Source: Balneolaceae bacterium (lineage in GTDB: Bacteria; Bacteroidota; Rhodothermia; Balneolales; Balneolaceae). Taken from it: a stretch of DNA of 64,000 nucleotides. The DNA lies in contig CP051242.1 of the NCBI GenBank assembly GCA_017795005.1, positions 1,634,976 to 1,698,975 on the forward strand, read 5' to 3'. The position numbers and the translations under genes are program-made. Of this stretch, positions 38,026-47,045 are shown piece after piece. Each line of letters begins with the position of its first letter. The first letter of the stretch is position 1. The notes beneath the pieces were generated by a model that did not search any database, was not told the DNA's origin, and saw only the letters and a list, made by a program, of their open reading frames with translations.

Positions 38026-38574
38026 TCAGGCTGCCACTTTATTTTTTTGGTTCAATGTTTCAATTCTATTTCGTTTATGCTCTGATATCATACCTGTCTC
38101 GGCATAAATTTTAGCGTCTTCAAGAACAATATCCAATAAGCCTGCCATTTTTTTCTGCATCATTGGTTTCATAAACCGTCCCATGAAGCCTTTTAACTGG
38201 AATTCGGCATTCATTTCAAGAACAGATGTATTTCCTCCGGAAGGAATAACTTTCCAGTCATTTACAGCTTTAGAAATAAAGCCAGGCATTCCTTTTGTAA
38301 CTTCGTAAGCAAGGTTCATGAATTCATTGCTGTATTTAACCAGTTTCTCTTCAATTTTATTAAAACCTTTTGCATTAACATCGCAAAAACGTTCATCGCA
38401 GGGAGCTCCTTCAAATTCAGAATTTCCTTTTCCAACCGAATGATCAACACTGGATGCCCACATGTAGGCGTCAGAAAAACCCGGGCCGATTATGTCCCAA
38501 AGCTTTTCAGATGAAACGTTGATTTTTATTGATCGGGTGACTTTAAATCCGTGTGTGTTTAATTGAGTTTCCAT
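38026..38574 (-). CDS. SRPBCC superfamily protein
   Basis: 182 aa. The length and pattern fit a START/polyketide-cyclase-like fold. Confidence 0.65.
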   Translation of the reverse strand: METQLNTHGFKVTRSIKINVSSEKLWDIIGPGFSDAYMWASSVDHSVGKGNSEFEGAPCDERFCDVNAKGFNKIEEKLVKYSNEFMNLAYEVTKGMPGFISKAVNDWKVIPSGGNTSVLEMNAEFQLKGFMGRFMKPMMQKKMAGLLDIVLEDAKIYAETGMISEHKRNRIETLNQKNKVAA

Positions 38575-38654
38575 TGTCTATCAAATTTTATGAATGGTTT
38601 AACTACAACCAATTTAAAAGACCTGAATACCATCTAATTCAGAAGAACGCCCAA

Positions 38655-39497
38655 TCATTTGCTTAAAACGTTCAATCTGTAAGCAGAAGGGGAAAGATCA
38701 AATTGAGTTTTAAATATGGATGAAAAAGTAGAGATGTCCTGAAATCCACAATCGAAAGCAATATTACCAATAGACTCAGTAGTTGTAGCAATAAGTTCAG
38801 CAGCTTTATTCAATCGCCGTTTCCGGATATATCTTGCCGGACTTTCATCAAAAGTTTTCCTGAATTCTCTTTTAAAAGTTGATAAGCTCATATTGCAAAG
38901 AAAGGCAAGTTGCTCAATACTTAGGTCATTAAACAGATTGTTTTCAACGGCTTCTTTCAATTTCAGATTTACCGGAGCAAAAATATCAGAAAGTAGCTGA
39001 CGGATATCATTATGATTTTCTGATTTCAAAAGAATCATCATCAATTCTTTGAGTTTTAAAATTCCTAATTCCTCATCAAAAGCATCCGGCGATTCAAAAA
39101 AGATGGTAAGATTACTCATATACTGTTCAATAAGTTTGTTACTGATCAGTTTTTTCGGAACAGGGATTTCTTCTTTATTCAGAAATGAAGGGACTTCATT
39201 TTCATAAATCATTTTCAACATCTTCGGGTAAAGATATACTGCAATAGCCTCACATTCTTCCGACTGCTGTGACTGAAGGTACCTTTGCACGTAATTATTA
39301 CAGTTCTTTATCACAGCCTCTTTTTCATCCAATCTGCTTGCTCCACGAGTATCATAGCTGATCATACGTCCCTCAACCATGTAAAAGAAACAGGCGAAAT
39401 CGAGGATTTCACCTGAAATATCAAATGGAGCTTTAAAACGCGCACGCTGGAATAGTGGCATTCCTTTAAATTCGATGACTTTATTACTAATAATCAT
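38655..39497 (-). CDS. AraC family transcriptional regulator
   Basis: 280 aa with a C-terminal double HTH (LAFLCNMSLSTFKREFRK...IAFDCGFQDISTFSSIFK). Confidence 0.87.
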   Translation of the reverse strand: MIISNKVIEFKGMPLFQRARFKAPFDISGEILDFACFFYMVEGRMISYDTRGASRLDEKEAVIKNCNNYVQRYLQSQQSEECEAIAVYLYPKMLKMIYENEVPSFLNKEEIPVPKKLISNKLIEQYMSNLTIFFESPDAFDEELGILKLKELMMILLKSENHNDIRQLLSDIFAPVNLKLKEAVENNLFNDLSIEQLAFLCNMSLSTFKREFRKTFDESPARYIRKRRLNKAAELIATTTESIGNIAFDCGFQDISTFSSIFKTQFDLSPSAYRLNVLSK

Positions 39498-39580
39498 CCC
39501 GGAAAATAATTGACCGAACTGAGAATTACTTTCTGAAAAAGTCCAAAATTTAATTATTTAAGTTCAAAAATTACTTTGAT

Positions 39581-40129
39581 TCATTTATACTTTTCTAGTT
39601 TGCCAAGGACCTCTTTTGCTTGATTAAAATGTCGCAATTCATGATTTACCATTTCTTCAATGAACTCATCAACAGGAAAAGTAATGCCCTTAAACATTGG
39701 AGAATAGATAACCGATTTATTTTTAATATGGTCTCCAAGATCTATGATATGTTTTTTTAGTGTCTCCTGATTATTAGTAAATCGATGGAATATGTCTTTA
39801 GAGACAACTACCTCTTTTGAGTTCCATGGTGTCATTGTTTTCATTTTCTTTAGCCGGGTTGGCTCAGTTGCATTTGAGATAAGCTTCAGAAAGAAAGAAT
39901 TAATGATTTCGAATCGGGCAGTAAATGGCAATTTCAGAGAACCAGATTTCAGTTTCGTAAAAACTTCGAAATAGCTTTCATTTATCAGAATAATATGTTC
40001 AATAATCTGACCAATGCTCCATGATTCGGTATCAGGTTTCCAGTTGAGATCTTCATAACTCAACTCCTGAAAATTTTCTTTGAACAGGGATGTATTTCTA
40101 TCAATTCGGGTGATCCAGTCTTTGCTCAT
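39581..40129 (-). CDS. DinB family protein
   Basis: 182 aa with the IGQIIEHIILINE...HELRHFNQ His pattern. Confidence 0.72.
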   Translation of the reverse strand: MSKDWITRIDRNTSLFKENFQELSYEDLNWKPDTESWSIGQIIEHIILINESYFEVFTKLKSGSLKLPFTARFEIINSFFLKLISNATEPTRLKKMKTMTPWNSKEVVVSKDIFHRFTNNQETLKKHIIDLGDHIKNKSVIYSPMFKGITFPVDEFIEEMVNHELRHFNQAKEVLGKLEKYK

Positions 40130-40202
40130 GTTATTTCTGATAATTATTGTTCAAAAATAAAATCCGAACTACTAAGCTAAAATTAATTGGTATAAACCAA
40201 GA

Positions 40203-40781
40203 TCAGATACGAACCCTGTTCATCAGCTTACTGAAGTTGGTAGAATCAATTCGTAAGTAGGAAGCGAGATCTTTTTGCGGAACCATAGATAATAAATGAG
40301 GACTTCTACTCATAAAAGATTTGAAGCGACTTTCAATATCATAGGCCATCAGTTCAAAATATCGGTCCAGTAATCCAACCAGAACACGTTCATTATATTT
40401 TCGGTACATTGTTTCCAGACTTCGGTGTTTTTCAATCAATGCCTCATGAATAGCAACAGGAATTCGAATAAAGCTACTGTCTGTTATGGTTTCCAGATAA
40501 TATTTAGAAGGTTCACCGGTAAGCACTGAGTCGATAATACCACTGAAACCCGGTGCATAAGTAAAAGCAATAACGTGAAATTTATCATTGTGCAGATAAT
40601 AGGACTTTTGAATTCCTTCAATGATATAATACAAATACTCTTCGGTTTGACCGGGTGCAGTCATTACCGTTTTTTTGGGCAAAGAATAGTATTGCCAGTG
40701 TGATACATATTCTTCCAGAATATCCTCGGGAACCGGGTGAGAAGAGGCGAGAAACTTTTTCAGCAATTCATGTTCTTTCAT
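40203..40781 (-). CDS. Crp/Fnr family transcriptional regulator
   Basis: 192 aa. cNMP-binding-like N-terminal domain and a C-terminal HTH (LASYLRIDSTNFSKLMNR). Confidence 0.8.
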   Translation of the reverse strand: MKEHELLKKFLASSHPVPEDILEEYVSHWQYYSLPKKTVMTAPGQTEEYLYYIIEGIQKSYYLHNDKFHVIAFTYAPGFSGIIDSVLTGEPSKYYLETITDSSFIRIPVAIHEALIEKHRSLETMYRKYNERVLVGLLDRYFELMAYDIESRFKSFMSRSPHLLSMVPQKDLASYLRIDSTNFSKLMNRVRI

Positions 40782-40886
40782 AAGAGAAAGCTAAGAGTTT
40801 CAAAGAAAGCATAAAAATCAGGTAACTTTTTAAATCCTATTTCCGTACCGGGCTCGGTGTTTAATCATCAAGCTAAGGAGAACATC

Positions 40887-41057
40887 ATGGAAAAAGGTTA
40901 TGGTATTGCAATCGGGATTGGAATCGGAACCGCCATTGGAGTAGCTACAGGAAGTTTAGGACTTTGGATTTCCTTGGGTGTTGTTCTTGGAGTATTAATC
41001 GAAAATGGTGAATTCGACGAAATTATGGAGAAGTGCGGATTTGAAACTGAGGACTAA
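40887..41057 (+). CDS. small glycine-zipper membrane protein
   Basis: AAGGAG lies 6 nt upstream of the ATG at 40887. Translation MEKGYGIAIGIGIGTAIGVATGSLGLWISLGVVLGV... Confidence 0.5.
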   Translation: MEKGYGIAIGIGIGTAIGVATGSLGLWISLGVVLGVLIENGEFDEIMEKCGFETED

Positions 41058-41086
41058 GGTATAGACTTATTATCAGATTAATCCCA

Positions 41087-41254
41087 TTAATTAACTTCTT
41101 TCTTTTCTTTTGAAGCAGAAATGGCTTGTTCTATGGCTTCTAAAATAGACACACTGGTTGCATTAAACCCTTCGATATTTGAGGAAGTTACTTCAAATTC
41201 TCCATCTGGGAGAGATTGAATATCCAGTTCTATTTTAGTGTTTTCCAATTGCAT
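41087..41254 (-). CDS. 55-aa hypothetical ORF (not in ORF track)
   Basis: Hand translation: MQLENTKIELDIQSLPDGEFEVTSSNIEGFNATSVSILEAIEQAISASKEKKEVN*. It has a weak DUF1902/HicB-like flavour. Confidence 0.3.
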   Translation of the reverse strand: MQLENTKIELDIQSLPDGEFEVTSSNIEGFNATSVSILEAIEQAISASKEKKEVN

Positions 41255-41335
41255 ATTGATCAGCTAACTACGCAATTGGTAGTAATCGTTCCATCTTTAT
41301 TTTTATTACTAAAAAAGGCGTATTACAAAATATAA

Positions 41336-42214
41336 CTATCTACAATTCGGAGCATACTCACCTTCCATGGTTCTGAAATAGCGATATCCATTCAGATAGG
41401 TTTTATCATCGCGGTATTCCAGTTCATAAGAATCCTGAGATCCATTATAGTAGGTAAGAACAAGCAGGAGAGTTCCGTTATTTCCGGAGACCACATCCCA
41501 GGTACCGGATCCGGCTTTTTGGCTGTCGCTGTAACCCGAATAATTGGAACCTCCCAAGGTCATCGTGTTGCTACTTCCAAAAATAAAATAGCCTTCACTG
41601 CATAAATCCATTGATTCCTCTGAACTATATCCTCCACCAGTGGAAGAAGAATAGGAATCCATATAGGTAAGTTTGACATCCTGAAAGAACTCTATCCATT
41701 CCACGATTTCATCGCTTTTCTCTACTTTTTTAAAAGTGAAAGATTTATAAATCTCTTTTGCTGTCTCGATATGTTTGTCCGTAAACATATTCGGATAGGT
41801 GGCAATCATTATGGAAATGCCCAGTCCTTCTTCATTCGGGTTTTCAATTCCGATTACATAACTTTTCGCATTACTCCCTTCCAGTTTACCTTCAAATATC
41901 CCGCCAATAGCAGTCGCTGAAAGATGCTCTAATTCTCCCTGGAGTTGCATATTTGTCCCATAACCTTCTTTTAACCCTTTTTTTGCTTCTTCTTCCAGTT
42001 CACTTTTGGTGTAGGTATGGGTGGTAATAACTCCAATTCCGGGAATAGTGCGGGATTGCATCAGAATAGATTCCTCCTGTTCCTGACCAACCCAGCCTTC
42101 CGGAATAGTGAATGAAATTCCATATTGCTCGTAGTTAATTACGCCAGTGAGTTGAGCTTTTAAGTGTTCGGTAGTCAGAAGAGCAAGTATTAAGAGAAGT
42201 AATCTGATTTTCAT
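41336..42214 (-). CDS. hypothetical secreted protein
   Basis: I prefer the ATG at 42214, which gives the signal peptide MKIRLLLLILALLTTEHLKAQ. The ORF-track start at 42268 lies inside a GTCAT repeat. Confidence 0.55.
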   Translation of the reverse strand: MKIRLLLLILALLTTEHLKAQLTGVINYEQYGISFTIPEGWVGQEQEESILMQSRTIPGIGVITTHTYTKSELEEEAKKGLKEGYGTNMQLQGELEHLSATAIGGIFEGKLEGSNAKSYVIGIENPNEEGLGISIMIATYPNMFTDKHIETAKEIYKSFTFKKVEKSDEIVEWIEFFQDVKLTYMDSYSSSTGGGYSSEESMDLCSEGYFIFGSSNTMTLGGSNYSGYSDSQKAGSGTWDVVSGNNGTLLLVLTYYNGSQDSYELEYRDDKTYLNGYRYFRTMEGEYAPNCR

Positions 42215-42263
42215 GAGTATAAATAAACAAAAAATGAGATTCTTTTGCACTATCTCTATTTTC

Positions 42264-42720
42264 GTCATCCCTGGCCTGATCCGGGATCTTATTCTAACTC
42301 GTCATCTAATTTTTAAGCTTATGTACTTTTGGCTTGATCCAAAAGTACCAAAAGATCAAGGCTGATAAATTTTGATGGGATTCATCTGCGCTCGTTTAAT
42401 AAATTCAATGGTCTTCATTCTTTCTATCCAGAGAATCTATCCGAGCCTGTGTGAATTTATTCCTCCTGCGGAGACACTCACTCCGTTTCATCCTATTTCA
42501 TCAAAATTTATAAGGCCGGAGATTTAATCTCATTCATTCTAATTTCTAATGCGGAATTCTTTTATGGATCCCAAAAAAGACCGGAAGAAATGCGGTAGGA
42601 ATGTAATTGGAGCAAAGCAGAAGCCAGCCCATGGAAGGATAACAACGACTGGTTAAAACAACATCTTCATTTCTTACGGCGACTTTTATGCACCTTTTGG
42701 TCGCTCAAAAGGTGCATAAA
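42264..42720. repeat. cluster of unrelated palindromic/MITE-like repeats in a 550-bp intergenic region
   Basis: GTCATCCCTGGCCTGATCCGGGATC (42264-42288). A CCAAAAGTACCAAAAGATCAAGGC unit. A 147-bp unit with perfect 13-bp terminal inverted repeats (42365-42377 vs 42499-42511). A 14-bp perfect hairpin TTTATGCACCTTTT/AAAAGGTGCATAAA (42685-42720). Confidence 0.75.
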
Positions 42721-42819
42721 TACGGAGCTAAAAATTATTTAACTAAATAGTTAAAATCCCGTACCCATGCGTCACTTCCAAAATTTGATTATGTTTTCGG
42801 GTAACTAAAAGGAGAAAAA

Positions 42820-43188
42820 ATGGATTGGTCGATTGTAGTATTAATAATGTCAGGGATGGTAAGTCTGGTCCTTTTTATGGGGATTTTGATATTCGGTATA
42901 AAAAGATCTTCTGAATTTAAAGAGCAGGCAAAAATAATCGATAAGAAAGCCAGATATCTCGATTCGGATACCAAAGCATTGTGGAAAGCGCTCAAAGAAA
43001 GTGAAGCCGAGAAAGAGAACATCCTCGAACGTCTGCAAAATCTGGAAGCCATTGTAACCAGTGAAGCTTATGAAGCTATAAAATCAGGGGAAGAACCGGA
43101 AAATATCCGGTTACATTTAGAAGAAGAAGAGACTGAAGAAACGAGTGATGCCGATAAAGCGGCTACCATTGCTAAGAGGGTGAGGTAA
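42820..43188 (+). CDS. hypothetical single-pass membrane coiled-coil protein (PspB-like layout)
   Basis: 122 aa. AAGGAG lies upstream. N-terminal TM segment, then ENILERLQNLEAIV and an acidic tail. Confidence 0.45.
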   Translation: MDWSIVVLIMSGMVSLVLFMGILIFGIKRSSEFKEQAKIIDKKARYLDSDTKALWKALKESEAEKENILERLQNLEAIVTSEAYEAIKSGEEPENIRLHLEEEETEETSDADKAATIAKRVR

Positions 43189-43430
43189 TACTCCGTATTG
43201 CGATGGTCTGAAGACCTTCGCTTGATAACTTGATTAGAACTAGTCAGGTACACCAGCGAAGGGTTTTAACCCTTCGTGATTATGAATGTTGATTAGCCTT
43301 GAAGCAAGTCAGAGACTTGCCGGGCTTTTACTCTGAAGTCACAGACTTAAGAGATCGGGGGACACTTGTAGCAGGGTGGGACTTGTACTAGATTAAAGTA
43401 ATTTTACTGCTATTTAAAAAACGAATAAGG

Positions 43431-44873
43431 ATGGAGAAAAAATTTCAGGAAGCAGATTATTACCTCGAATTCAAGAGAATTAGAAATAAGTTTAGAAAAT
43501 ATGATTCTATAGGACTACTGGAGAGAGCGTTTGATTTTTTATACCACTCAAAAAAAGATCCGATTAAGCAAATTAGTAAACAGCCATGGAATGTATTGCT
43601 GTTCATAAAATGGATATTAATTGATGACAACTTCTATCACAAAAAAAGAAAGTATCCATCACAAAAAGATTTTCTAAATATTCTTCAGTCCGTAAGAGAT
43701 TTAGGTGGGAAAGTAAGACTTCCAGAAACTGGAGAAGATTTAAGATTATTTTTCCGTTTATTCGCCTTCCAACAATTCCACTATCAAACTAACTTCAACT
43801 TTTCAGCATTTACGAGGCAATTTATACTTTTCAATGATTTACCGGAAAATCATTTTTACAAAAAAAATTTTAAAGATTTAACAGATCTTGATATTGAAGA
43901 TTTTCTGACTATGTCACTTTTTCTAATCTTAAAGCTTAAAGATAAACTAAGACCAGTGACAGTTGAATTGGTTCAGTCGTATTTTGCTACAAAATATTCA
44001 AGAGAACAAACTGAACAATACTTAAATACGATTTCTTTAAATATTGAGGGTGCAAGAAAATGGTTGAAAGAGAATAACTCTAATCTAAGAAAATCAGAAG
44101 AATTTTATGAGCAGTCTAAGCTTATGAGGTACCCTCTTCTAAAAGTGGGGGCAATATATTATCCTTATAATTTAAATATACTTTTTAGAGGACTGGAATA
44201 CTTTGTTCATGATCTTTTGAAGGAAGATAATGAAACAGAATTTCTTAAAAGGTTTGGAGGAATCTTTGAAAAATACGTTCACAAACTGATCGGCTATTCT
44301 AAGTCAAAATATTTTACCGAAGACGAGCTACTAAATAAGATTAAGAACAATTCTAAAGTAGTTGATTTTTTGATTCTCGAAGGTAAAAATTCAGTTCTAT
44401 TAGATGCTAAAGGGATCGAAATGCATTACAAAGGTAAAGTTTCATCGAACCCTTATATTTTAAAAAGTAAGCTTAAAACTTCAGCGCTAAAAGGAATCAG
44501 ACAAGCCTTTGATTTAATTGATAACCTCAAACAAAAAAGAGAGTTTAGTGAATTAAATGTTTATCAAAACAATTTTTTAATTGTAGTAAGTTTTAAAGAA
44601 TTATTTCTTGGAAATGGTGTTGATTTCGCTAAATCTATTGGAAAAGAATTTATAAAAGGAGTAAGAAAAGATTATGGGGATGACTTATATATCCCTTTGG
44701 AAAATATTTACTTCATCAGTGTTGATGATTTAGAATTATGGGTTTCTTTGATTAGAAATAAAAAAATATCCTTTTCAAGAGGATTAATAAAAGCAAAAAA
44801 AGATGATTCAAATCCAAAAACCTCCAAATTTAATTTTATTCAACACATATTAGAATGGAATTTAGGTTTTTAA
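43431..44873 (+). CDS. hypothetical protein with C-terminal PD-(D/E)XK nuclease-like motif
   Basis: 480 aa, rich in Lys, Asn, Phe and Ile. Motif FEKYVHKLIG ... VVDFLILEGKNSVLLDAKG (E / D / DxK spacing). No family recognised for the first ~260 aa. Confidence 0.6.
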   Translation: MEKKFQEADYYLEFKRIRNKFRKYDSIGLLERAFDFLYHSKKDPIKQISKQPWNVLLFIKWILIDDNFYHKKRKYPSQKDFLNILQSVRDLGGKVRLPETGEDLRLFFRLFAFQQFHYQTNFNFSAFTRQFILFNDLPENHFYKKNFKDLTDLDIEDFLTMSLFLILKLKDKLRPVTVELVQSYFATKYSREQTEQYLNTISLNIEGARKWLKENNSNLRKSEEFYEQSKLMRYPLLKVGAIYYPYNLNILFRGLEYFVHDLLKEDNETEFLKRFGGIFEKYVHKLIGYSKSKYFTEDELLNKIKNNSKVVDFLILEGKNSVLLDAKGIEMHYKGKVSSNPYILKSKLKTSALKGIRQAFDLIDNLKQKREFSELNVYQNNFLIVVSFKELFLGNGVDFAKSIGKEFIKGVRKDYGDDLYIPLENIYFISVDDLELWVSLIRNKKISFSRGLIKAKKDDSNPKTSKFNFIQHILEWNLGF

Positions 44874-45030
44874 TACACCAGAGTTCATGATTCAGTATTT
44901 GGAAGCTTTATTGAAGGGAAAAAAATGATTTAAAAAACACAGCGAAGTAATCACAGTGGGTTCGCTCCTGAGAGAGGGATTGCCGCCTTGCTGCTTGGTT
45001 TGTAAAAAGGGGGAGAGGGAAAAAAGAGAA

Positions 45031-45231
45031 GTCATCCTGAGGATACTTCCGAAGGATCTGAGCGGATATCCGCCAAGGTCCTTCGCTTTCGCTCAGGATG
45101 ACACCAAAGAAAGTCTTTGCGAGGAGACTCGAGTATGCTAAAGTTTAAGAATTAATCGACGAAGCAATCTCAATGCACCGGGCATCAATTACAAGATTGC
45201 TTCTCCCGACATTCGTCGGGATCGCAATGAC
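45031..45231. repeat. GTCAT-family palindromic repeats upstream of the ilvC stop
   Basis: GTCATCCTGAG...CTCAGGATGAC (45031-45102), and GATTGCTTCTCCCGACATTCGTCGGGATCGCAATGAC (to 45231). Confidence 0.8.
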
Positions 45232-45236
45232 GGTAA

Positions 45237-46283
45237 TTAATTATTCTCCGGTCTCAGTTTCCTAACCGTAGCTCCGGCTTGCCACATTTCGCTTTCTCGG
45301 AGTTCAGCTAGTTCTTTTTCAAGACCTTCACGGTAGTCGGGCTTGGAGTTGGCATCGATACTTTTCTGAGCTTCGTTACCTGCTGCTACTTCACTGTATA
45401 GTTTTTCGAATACGGGTTTAGTAGCATCACGAAACGGTTTCCACCAATCTAAAGCACCACGTTGAGCGGTAGTGGAGCAGTTTGCATACATCCAGTCCAT
45501 ACCATTTTCGGCAACCAGTGGCATGAGAGACTGAGTAAGTTCTTCTACCGTTTCGTTAAAAGCTTCGGAAGGGGAGTGACCGTTTGCACGAAGTACTTCA
45601 TACTGTGCAGCAAAAATCCCCTGAATGCAACCCATCAGTGTACCGCGCTCTCCGGTTAAATCAGAGAATACTTCCTTACGGAAATCAGTTTTAAAGAGGT
45701 ACCCGGATCCAACACCAATGCCAAGTGCAACTACCCGATCAAATGCATTTCCGGTAGCATCCTGGAAAATGGCAAAGCTGGAATTCAATCCGCGCCCTTC
45801 TAAAAACATACGTCTTAATGAAGTCCCGGATCCTTTTGGAGCAACCAGAATCACATCTACATCATCCGGAGGGATAATTCCGGTACGTTCTTTATAGGTT
45901 ATTCCAAATCCATGTGAAAAATAAAGTGCTTTACCGGGAGTAAGATGTTTTTTAACCGTTGGCCAAAGCGAAATTTGTCCGGCATCGGAGAGCAGATACT
46001 GAAGCACAGTACCTCGTTCACAGGCCTCTTCCAATTCGAATAAAGTTTCGCCGGGAACCCAGCCATCAGCAACGGCTTTGTCCCATGTTTTGGAGTCTTT
46101 ACGCTGACCAACAATTACATTGAAGCCGTTGTCTTTAAGATTGAGAGCCTGTCCCGGTCCTTGTACACCATAACCTAAGATCGCAATGGTTTCATTTTTC
46201 ATTGTTTCCCGGGCTTTATCGAGAGGGAATTCTTCCCGTGTTACTACTTCTTCTTCGACTCCGCCAAAATTTAAAAGTGCCAT
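45237..46283 (-). CDS. ilvC: ketol-acid reductoisomerase (class I)
   Basis: 348 aa with the GYGVQGPGQALNLKDNG Rossmann motif. Confidence 0.95.
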   Translation of the reverse strand: MALLNFGGVEEEVVTREEFPLDKARETMKNETIAILGYGVQGPGQALNLKDNGFNVIVGQRKDSKTWDKAVADGWVPGETLFELEEACERGTVLQYLLSDAGQISLWPTVKKHLTPGKALYFSHGFGITYKERTGIIPPDDVDVILVAPKGSGTSLRRMFLEGRGLNSSFAIFQDATGNAFDRVVALGIGVGSGYLFKTDFRKEVFSDLTGERGTLMGCIQGIFAAQYEVLRANGHSPSEAFNETVEELTQSLMPLVAENGMDWMYANCSTTAQRGALDWWKPFRDATKPVFEKLYSEVAAGNEAQKSIDANSKPDYREGLEKELAELRESEMWQAGATVRKLRPENN

Positions 46284-46321
46284 TTGTTCTGTTTAGTTTA
46301 TTTAAGTGAGTTAATTTAGTC

Positions 46322-46376
46322 CACAGTAGGCAGTAAGCAGTGTTTGCTGCTAAGTACTGCCAACTGCTTACTGTGA
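46322..46376. repeat. CAGTNNG heptad hairpin repeat in the ilvN-ilvC gap
   Basis: CACAGTAGGCAGTAAGCAG...CTGCCAACTGCTTACTGTG. Shares GGCAGTAAGCAG with 7493-7539. It overlaps the last codons of ilvN. Confidence 0.7.
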
Positions 46377-46901
46377 TACTGTTAAAAGTTCTTCGACCTG
46401 TTTTCCAAGTCCGTATTGTTCGCGGCTTACAGCAATCCTTCCGGAGCGCACAAATTCTACAATATCATATTGTTTGAGTTCATCGAACAAAGCTTTGGTC
46501 TCGCGTTTAAACCCGGCTTTTTCTATCACCACGAATTCTTTTTCGATGGTTAGGAAGCGGGCACCATGTTCACGGACGATGCGTTCCACTTCCAGTCCGT
46601 TGGTAAGAGAATCGGTTCTCAGTTTATATAGAGCCAGTTCCTGCTGTACTACTTCTTTCTTTTTATAGTATCCGGCTTTGAGTACTTCTACCTGTTTTTC
46701 AATTTGCTTGACTACTTTCTGAACTAGTTCCTCAGTTTCAGTAACGGCAATGGTGAAGCGATGTATTCCTTCTCTTTCACTTTCAGAAGTTGTGAGACTT
46801 TCGATATTGATTTTCCGCTTAGTGAAAATGATAGTGATCCTGTGAAGGAGTCCTACATGATTTTCGGTGTAAGCGGTTATAGTAAATTCTTGTTTGTCCA
46901 T
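46368..46901 (-). CDS. ilvN: acetolactate synthase small (regulatory) subunit
   Basis: 177 aa with an ACT domain (FTITAYTENHVGLLHRITIIFTKRKINIESL). Confidence 0.9.
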   Translation of the reverse strand: MDKQEFTITAYTENHVGLLHRITIIFTKRKINIESLTTSESEREGIHRFTIAVTETEELVQKVVKQIEKQVEVLKAGYYKKKEVVQQELALYKLRTDSLTNGLEVERIVREHGARFLTIEKEFVVIEKAGFKRETKALFDELKQYDIVEFVRSGRIAVSREQYGLGKQVEELLTVSQ

Positions 46902-46935
46902 GGTTAAAATTCTTTAGTTATGCCGGTTGCCATTC

Positions 46936-47045
46936 CTGACCCACCCCTCAATCCCCTCCGCCGGAGGGGATGTTCTTTGGTTCTATTCAGAGCTTTATTG
47001 AAAAGTCTTCCTCTCCTTGGAGAGGAAACAAAGGTGAGGGGCAGT
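46936..47045. repeat. nested hairpin repeat, CCCCTCC/GGAGGGG family, in the ilvB-ilvN gap
   Basis: TCCCCTCCGCCGGAGGGGA and TTCCTCTCCTTGGAGAGGAA, with outer CCCTCA...TGAGGG. Confidence 0.75.

Noticed and set aside
42789-43253. Minus-strand ORFs 42789-43052, 42850-43038 and 43068-43253
   Set aside because: They are antisense to the plus-strand 122-aa ORF, which has an AAGGAG RBS and a sensible TM plus coiled-coil layout. The minus-strand ORFs have no RBS or family signal.
44956-45141. 61-aa plus-strand ORF (MGSLLREGLPPCCLVCKKGEREKREV...)
   Set aside because: It is made entirely of GTCAT-family and related palindromic repeat sequence. Such repeats routinely generate spurious ORFs.
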